IMG/VR virus record: IMGVR_UViG_3300045971_000354 | Coordinates: 1 to 64,000 of that record | Direction: 5' to 3' (one strand) | Length of the DNA: 64,000 nt | Origin: a virus | Shown: positions 22,001 through 30,153 of the stretch, piece after piece | How the letters are laid out: the number at the start of each line of letters is the position of its first letter | How positions within the stretch are numbered: the stretch's first letter is position 1 | Position numbers and translations under genes: made by a program | The notes under the pieces: generated by a model | Told to the model about the DNA's origin: nothing | Database searches by the model: none | The model's input: only the letters and a program-made list of their open reading frames with translations

Positions 22001-25000
22001 GCAATTCCGTTAGCCACGATTTGATCAGTTACTCCAGTTGTACCACTTGTCAATATGTTAACAATTGTTGTAAATTCAGATGATAGTTTAGTAACTTCTG
22101 AGATTGTTGCAGCAGTACCTGTTGTATTTTGTACAATAGAACCAATTCCGGACTGATACCTAACGCCAGATAAGTTATTTAAAATAACTTTCTGTGCAAG
22201 ACTACTTACATAGTTAATTGCATTTGTAGTAGTAGTTAGTTCACCTGCAATAGCACCGGTATATCCAGCCTGGCTCCAATACTGTAACCCTGCAAAGGTA
22301 GACTGGCTGTTAGCAGAAGTTGGGTATGCAAGATCTAATGCAATACTATCTACAATTATCCCTGTGTCTCTTGCACATTTAACAGGATCGTATTTGAATT
22401 GCATGCTGGTCTGAATCCAAGCTTCTACTTCTGCTTGGAAATACTGTTTATTTGCTTGCAATAATGCATAAGAATTCTTTACACTATTAATATTACTTGC
22501 AGTTAAGCTGTTCGGTACAATTACATCTGTAATTCCAGTAGTACCCGTTGTTAGAATATCAGTAATTACAGTAAAGTCATTGCCGATAATAAGTTGTTCG
22601 GCTGCGGTACCTAACGATCCACTTACTACTTGAGTTACTGTTGACTGATAACGAATTCCGGTAGTATCGCCTATAATTGCTTTTTGTGCAATAGATTTTA
22701 GATAGTTAATTGCAGCAGTGGTAGTAGTAATTTCACCTGCAATTTTTCCAACATAGCTTCCGTGGTTCCAATATTGAATACCAGAGAATGTAGATTGGCT
22801 GCTTCCGCCGAATAACAAATCTTGTGCTAGTGCATCAACAATTAAACCAGTATCACGTGAACACTTAGTAGAATTGAATACAAAAGAGCTCGATGTAACT
22901 GTAGTGTTGTTAATAATCTGTAACGAAATCTGTTTTGCGCGTGCAATCGCTGCTTGAGTTTCAGTTACTTGATTAGGATTACCAAATTTTGCATTTGCAA
23001 TTACACTTTTTCCACCTGTCCAGTATGTTACACCGGCTTCGACTGTTTTTGCATTTGAATTTAAGATAATATCTTGGCTAATTGCATCAACAATTAATCC
23101 GGTATCACGATAGCAACGCTCTTGTGCATATACAAAGTTTGGATATACTTGATTAATCCAATTGATAACTTCATTTTGGATAAACTTTCTGTTTGATTGC
23201 AACAAGACTTCTGCAGATACTGAACCCCAATCTGGACCATTTCCTATTTGTTTAACAGGTGCGGAGCTTGGGCCGTTTATAATAATTCCATTAATAATCC
23301 CGGCAAGTTTTGAAATTGCAGGACCAGCAGTAGCACCGTTGGTAACAACAGTATTAATTACTTGCGGAGAAGTTTGGTAAGTGTTTAATAAGTTTGTTGC
23401 AGTAACATTTGCAATTACGCTTTGCGCCAATGTATCGATGTAAGTAATTGCGGCAGTTGTTTGTGTAATTTCTGTCGGAATCACACTAGTTACACCGCTC
23501 CAATATGCAAGGCCGGCTTCGACCGACTTTTCATTTCCACCAAATGCTACATCGTACGCAATATTTTCAAGGATGATACCTACGTCACGGAAACACTTTG
23601 CACGATTATATACAAATCCAGTATCTAACTGATTAACATACGCAATAGTTTCTGCTTGGATGAATGATTTGTTTGCTATTAATAAATTATAAGCATTTAC
23701 AATATTAGTATTTGTGCTTGCTGTTAATCCTATTGGAGTAGGAGTAATAGCTGCGCTTGGACCATTATTGATGATGTTAGTGATAAGGTCTAAGTTTGAA
23801 TACAGAACACTAAGAGTGGCAGTAGTTGCTGAAGGAAGGCTTGTTACTTGTTTTACAGCATTGCCGGCAGTCGTTGTAATTTGTTGACCGGTAATAACCT
23901 TTCCAACAATGTTTCTAATATGGTTATATGCGGCAACTGTTTGTGGAATTTCTTTTCCTATAGCTGACGACGAACCGTTAAAGTTGTAATAGTACACACC
24001 GCTTTGAACGGCTTGTCTATTTCCACCATGTAATAAGTCGAAGCTAACAGAATCAAGCATGTAACCGATATCTCGAGCACACTTTACTTGATCGTAAACA
24101 AATCCAGTTAATTGGCTACTAATATATGCCACAACTTCAGCAGCAATAAAATTTCTATTTGCTTCAATAATTGTAGATGCATATATTACATTTGCATCGG
24201 CTGAACTTGTTAAACTAATCGGTGAAGGAGTTGCTGCTACGCTTGGGCCATTAGTAATAATGTTAGTAATAACATCAACTGCTGATTGCGCTGTTATTAC
24301 TTGTGCAGTAGTTCCCGGAGTACCGAATACTTGTGCCACAAGTGTTGACGAAGTTTGGTAGCTTACTGGGATAGGCGCATTTTCTACAATATACGGAAGA
24401 ATATCTCTTAAATGCTTATATGCAGATAGTGTATTTGACAATTCGTTAGCTGGTATTGCTCGTGCAGTACTCGAATAGCCGTAATAATAAACACCGCTTT
24501 GAACAGCTTGTCTATTTCCACCATATAACAAGTCAAATGCAATACTGTCAATCATGTATCCTACATCTCGGGCACACTTTGCTGGATCATATTGAAAGCC
24601 TACTGGCTTCACTAATTCAACATACGCAACAGCTTCTTGTTCTAAGTATAATTTATTAGCTTGAAGAATCGCATAAGCACGTTGTACGTTTACATTTGCG
24701 CTTGATACTAAACCGTTCGGCACAATAATATCAGTTACACCGGCTGTTCCGTTTGTTAAAATGTTAGTAATAACTCCGAACTCGGCAACAATTGCTGTGG
24801 CTTCTGCTCCTGTTGCTGGAGAAAGGTTTGCAACTTGCACACCTGTTGAATATCGTGTTCCGGTCAAATCGTTAAGAACTACCTTAGCTGCGATGCTACT
24901 TACATAGTTAATTGCTGCGGTAGTAGTAGTAATTTCGTTAGGTATTGCACCAGTATATCCTGCTTGATTCCAATATTGAATACCAGCAAATGTTGATTGG

Positions 25001-27924
25001 CTTATTCCATTAAACAATAAATCTTGTGCAACAGCATCTACAAGTAACTTAGTATCACGTAAACATTTTGCTTGATTAAATGTATCATGCTGAGTATTAA
25101 TATATGCAATAGTTTCAGCTTCAATAAATGACTTGTTTGATTGAAGTAAGTTATAAGAAGCAATTGCACTCGGAGTTGTACTTGCAACACCGTTTGATTC
25201 GATAATATCAGTTACACCTACTGTTCCGTTTAATATAATCGAATTTATAACACTAAATTCGCTTGCAACTTTTGCAATTTCAATAGAAGTTGCAGTAGTG
25301 CCAATAGTAGTAACCTGAGATACTGTATTTTGGTATCTAGTTCCAGTTGTATTAGAAATAACTTGTTGAGCAAGCGAACTAACATAATTAACCGCGTTAC
25401 TAGTAGTTGTAAGTTCACTAGAAATCAATCCAGTATACCCTGCTTGATTCCAATACTGTAACCCAGAAAAGTTACTTTGTGTTTGTCCGTTATACAACAA
25501 GTCAACTGCAATACTTTCTACAATTAATCCAGTGTCGCGAGCACACTTAGGTTGATTATAAACAAAGCCAATGCTATATAGTTGATCAATATAGTTGATA
25601 ACTTCAATGGTAATAAACGACTTGTTAGCTTTAATAATGTTAACTGCATTTGTTACCGATGCAGTATTAGTTGCTGTCGAACTAATTGGCACAGGAGTGT
25701 CAGCTGCATCAGGCCCTGCATTAATAATTTCTGTAATCTTATCAACCATTGATTTCAATACAGTAACTTCTGCAGAGGTTGCAGCAGGATAAGATGTTGT
25801 ATCTTGAGTACTAATGTTACCTTCAGACTTTACAATCGGCTGATTTAGTAAAATGTTTTCAATAATACTTTTAATTCTGTAATATGCTGCTGTTGTTTGC
25901 GGACGCTCATTTGCAATTGCACTTGCAGTTCCTGAGAAGCCGTAATAATAAACACCGCTTTGAATAGCTTGACGATTCCCGCCATATAGTAAGTCAAAAC
26001 CAACACTGTCGATCATATATCCCACATCACGGCGGCATTTTGTTTGATCGTAACTAAACAACGGAGTTTTGGTTGATTCTATATATGCAATAGTTTGGTC
26101 TATTAGATATGCTTTATTAAGTTGAAGATTAGTATATGCATATTGAGCAACCGTGGAAACTGCCGTAGTTCCGTTCGGTACAATAATATCAGTAACTCCA
26201 GCAGTTCCATTACTTAAAATAGTAGTGATAACACCGAAGTCTGCTGCAATTGTATTAGCTTCAGTTTGAGTAGCTATAAAACCAGTTAACGTTTGAGTAG
26301 ATACTGTAGCATAACGAGTGCCGCTAGTATCGTTCTTTATAATCTTTTGTGCTAGCCCACTTACGAAGTTAATTGCATTCGTAGTAGTGGTTAGTTCGCC
26401 CGCAATAGCACCAACATATCCTGCTTGATTCCAATACTGAAGGCCGGCAAAATTACTTTGAGTAAATCCGTTGCCTCTGAAAACTAAGTCACTAATCAAG
26501 CTGTCGATAATAATTCCAGTATCGCGGCGGCACTTTACTTTGTCATATTGGTAATATGTATTGTTTATATCGATATAAGCAATAACTTGTTCTTGAATAA
26601 ATGGTTTATTTGCTAACAACAAGGTGCGAGCATTAACATAATCAATTGGTGTTGGTCCAACATTAATAGTGTCGCCTGCCTTTACTACACCCTCAGATAT
26701 TGTTACTAACATTGTAGTAGTATTCGACACCCAAGTAGCTTGTCCAACACCTGATGGAATTTGCACAGTTTGATTTGGACGGAACATTGTACCGTCATAT
26801 AACCACGGTCCAGATTGATTGGTACAGTTTTGAATGTATGGAGAATAGAAAACGTCAATCTTTGCATCATTACCGTAATTAGGTTTAAATGCGACAGCAT
26901 ATGCACCGCGATTCGAACTTGAATTATACCCGATTCCAGGTAGAAGACCGGACTGTCCGTTTGAGAACTGCATCTGTGCTAGATAATTTCCCGACTTAAC
27001 CCAAAACAAATCTTGTGTTTTATGTATTGGTTCGATAAAAGTTGTACGAAGATCTGAACCAATAACAGAAGTTAAAGGCTTTAATTCAATAGGATTATTT
27101 TCGTAGTAATGTCCTGGAGATACTTTAATACTTGTACCTTCCTTATAGAACGGACTGCGAACAGCGCCACTAATTGTACGGCATGCACGAGTAGGATCCA
27201 TAGAGCGACCATCATTTGTGTCGCTTCCATCCATTGTAACATACAGCACATTGCTTGTTACTGGACCAGTACCTAAAGGATTATCGCCCCATACACGGAT
27301 ATTACTATTGATATTTGTTACGCTACCTGGGCCTGGACTAATGTTTACATCTTGTCCTGGCAAGCCGGTCATACTGCCTGCGATTAAATTATTTACATAG
27401 GCATTTGCCCATGTTTGTTCTTCACTACCAATACTATAAGTATTTGCAGTCTGAGGAATGATGTCAGAAACAATTTCAGCAAACAAGCTCAATGTATCTG
27501 AGCCAGTCATATTTCCAACTTGCACACTACCTGCCGCAGTAATATTTCCCGTTGCGTGTAAATTTCCGCTTACTAGTGTATCATTATTTAAAACAATTTT
27601 TGTATCTTTTGCAGACTGAATTATTAAATCGTTAAGAGTATTTACTATGGAACTTGCTGTGAAATTTAAATTTCCCAACGTTGCATTATTATTAACAGTA
27701 AGTGTTCCACCATTTACAATAATCGATCCGCCAGTTGTAATAGAAACAGTCGATCCGGGATTAACACCGAACGTGCTACTGCTTACTGATACGTTGCCGA
27801 ATGTTTGATTACCTGAACTAGATTGTTGCCACGCAAAACCGTTCCAGGTATATACTGTTGTAGTACCTGGGATACTGTATTTTTGTCCTACAGTAGGATT
27901 CAGTGGAAAGTTTAATAATGCCAT
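16033..27924 (-). CDS. Giant virion structural protein (3963 aa): beta-helix-like scaffold with 19 phycobiliprotein-like CxRD helical repeats
   Basis: Single open frame. Motifs [34 protein letters not shown]...[12 protein letters not shown] and C-terminal [10 protein letters not shown]...[13 protein letters not shown]. KCxRD repeats occur at a ~160-aa period. Confidence 0.85.
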   Translation of the reverse strand: [3963 protein letters not shown]

Positions 27925-27938
27925 AGTATATTCTTATT

Positions 27939-28748
27939 TTAAATAGTTGTAACCTGCACCCAAATTCTTTGAGTGCCATCTTGTATATATTGAAACCAGG
28001 CGTGTACAGTCGGGTCTGTACAAATCCACTGGTCGCCCACTCTCGGATTCGCTGGAGCAACGGTTGCAGTCGAGGTAACAGTAACCGCCGGTGTATATAA
28101 TAAATTATTTTCGTGTGGGTTTCCATCAAAACTGTAAACACTTCCGGTTACTCCTACACCGCCAGCAACTTGTAATGCACCAGAAGTGGTAGAAGTGGAA
28201 GTCGCTGTTGAATATAAAAATGTAACACCTAATACTGTTGCAGAATTATTGATCGATATTGCGCCGCCGATGATCGCGTCTTTAGTTATGCCGACACCAC
28301 CTGAAATTTGCAATGCACCAGAAGTGGTAGAAGTGGAGTTTGTTCCAGTTGTGATTAAAACTGTACTTAAGAATGTTGCAGTGGAACTTGCATCTAAACT
28401 CTTAACTGAAGCATTCCCGCCAACATGTAAATTTTCAGCAATACCTACTCCACCTGCAACTACTACAGCGCCAGTCGATGTGCTGACTGAACTGGATAAG
28501 TTTGTTACAAAAACTTGTCCAACAATTGTTGCAGTGTTTAATACAGTAAGTGAAAGTAATTGAGTTGCAGTGTTTACAACTAATCCAAATTTTGGATCGA
28601 ATGTATTTGTGGGAGTAAAGTCTGTCTTAATACCGATGCGACCGGTAGTAACATCTAGATATAATAAAGTTGTTTCAAACGATAAATCAACTCCGTCCCG
28701 AAGCAAGTTTTTCGATAATAGCGGACCCGATATGCGACCTACAGCCAT
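27939..28748 (-). CDS. Short fibre/adapter virion protein (269 aa)
   Basis: MAVGRISGPLL N-terminus, three STxTGAxxVxGGVG motifs, C-terminal PANPRVGDQW motif. SD GAGGAG. Confidence 0.8.
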   Translation of the reverse strand: MAVGRISGPLLSKNLLRDGVDLSFETTLLYLDVTTGRIGIKTDFTPTNTFDPKFGLVVNTATQLLSLTVLNTATIVGQVFVTNLSSSVSTSTGAVVVAGGVGIAENLHVGGNASVKSLDASSTATFLSTVLITTGTNSTSTTSGALQISGGVGITKDAIIGGAISINNSATVLGVTFLYSTATSTSTTSGALQVAGGVGVTGSVYSFDGNPHENNLLYTPAVTVTSTATVAPANPRVGDQWICTDPTVHAWFQYIQDGTQRIWVQVTTI

Positions 28749-28847
28749 GCTTGCTCCTCAAGACCCCGTGTTGCACGGTTAACCACCTTTCATTGCGGGT
28801 TTACCACAGTACAATCTGCTAATTTCTTAGCATCAGTACTATTTATA
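28749..28847 (-). promoter_or_regulatory. Late promoter TATAAATA (28840-28847) followed by a structured 5' leader
   Basis: Full T4 late consensus, then hairpins TGCTAA-GAAA-TTAGCA, TGTGG-TAAAC-CCGCA and CCGTG-CAA-CACGG before the SD. Confidence 0.65.
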
Positions 28848-28869
28848 TCAATTGGTAAAAAGGGGTTAC

Positions 28870-29838
28870 TTACGGTATGAACACGTAGCCATCGAAGCCG
28901 AGTAATGAAACAACTGGCTTGAATGGTACTGGCAGGCTATCAGGTTTAAAATATATGTAAGTACCGGATGCAGTAAATGACGTTGTCAACACTGTAGTTT
29001 CTGCTACTATACCGCTTGCCGGTTGGCTTAATGTAATAGTTAATGATGTTGCACTTGTAGATGCAATAGTTGTGCCAGGGGCGATTCCAATTCCAGAAAT
29101 TGGATTTCCTACATTAAAATCTGCAACAGAATTTACACTTACAATACTAGTTCCAACCAACGTTGTAACCGATGCAGTCGTTTGTGCAGTAATTGCAGGA
29201 GTATAAAATGAAGTTGATACTACTGAGTTAAAAGGTAATGCTACAGTTACCCCGGAGTTAATTGTCACTGTAGTGCCAGTTAAGTCAACTGAGGATATTG
29301 TTGTTCCCGGTGCAATTCCTTTTCCAGTTATAAAATTTCCCACACTAAAATTACTAACATCATTTACTGGTAACACCGTGGCATTGATAGACACTGCCGA
29401 AACCAACGAAGTTGCAAACGAAGCTGTAAAATTACTTCTTGCAAGTGTATAATTGATGTTAGCGATTTGAGGAACGTTCTCAACATATACCATAATATTT
29501 TGAGGACGACTTGCATCGATATTATATTTCAAAGGACCAAAATAGGAATTAAAATAATTTCCATTAGTAAACACTTGTTGAGTAACATTTTGTTGAGCAT
29601 TGGTTTTAAACAACGACCAAGTTCCATTAATAAATCCTTCAAAGTTTCCGCCAACAGGAATGTCTACATTATATCGAATGTCACCATTCACTGCATCTTT
29701 TGGTCGATAAGAAGTATCGCCGCTCGGAACCTGCATACTAATTTTTGAGGTTGTGACTATTTTGTCGTCTGCATGGACAGCAAAACGATCACTCATAGGA
29801 TCTTTACGATTTAACGGTAATTTTTTATAAAATTTCAT
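28870..29838 (-). CDS. Putative virion protein with duplicated ~75-aa beta module (322 aa)
   Basis: Two copies of VNxVxxFxVGNxIxGxGIAPGTTIxS; PSGDTSYRP...NGDIRYN motif typical of phage fibre proteins. Confidence 0.7.
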   Translation of the reverse strand: MKFYKKLPLNRKDPMSDRFAVHADDKIVTTSKISMQVPSGDTSYRPKDAVNGDIRYNVDIPVGGNFEGFINGTWSLFKTNAQQNVTQQVFTNGNYFNSYFGPLKYNIDASRPQNIMVYVENVPQIANINYTLARSNFTASFATSLVSAVSINATVLPVNDVSNFSVGNFITGKGIAPGTTISSVDLTGTTVTINSGVTVALPFNSVVSTSFYTPAITAQTTASVTTLVGTSIVSVNSVADFNVGNPISGIGIAPGTTIASTSATSLTITLSQPASGIVAETTVLTTSFTASGTYIYFKPDSLPVPFKPVVSLLGFDGYVFIP

Positions 29839-30146
29839 TATGTATTCACTGAGCTAATAGTTGAGATAACAATACCGGCATCTACTTGAGCATAGATAGC
29901 ATCTTTATCTTCTAAAATAAATCTTTCTGTATCTAACACAAAAGTTTCTGCGGGAGGAATAATTACCCCTTTAATAACTTGATTTACAAGACTGGATGCA
30001 TTTTGTGGGAATGGTACAATATAAACATCTAACGCAGCAGTTGATGTAGATACATTACAAAATATTGCAGTAGTTATAGCAGACTGGCTAGTTGACGAAA
30101 AAATTTGAGAAATCGTTAAATTTGAAATTTGGTGGTTTGTTATCAT
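29838..30146 (-). CDS. Small putative virion protein (102 aa), similar to 15644-16030
   Basis: AITTAIFCNVS...IPPAETFVLDTERFILEDKDAIYA; TAATG-coupled to the next gene. Confidence 0.7.
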   Translation of the reverse strand: MITNHQISNLTISQIFSSTSQSAITTAIFCNVSTSTAALDVYIVPFPQNASSLVNQVIKGVIIPPAETFVLDTERFILEDKDAIYAQVDAGIVISTISSVNT

Positions 30147-30153
30147 GGTGATC

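Noticed and set aside
16033-27924. Assigning a cyanobacterial host from the phycobiliprotein-like repeats
   Set aside because: No photosynthesis or bilin genes are in the window, so the host cannot be inferred from this sequence.
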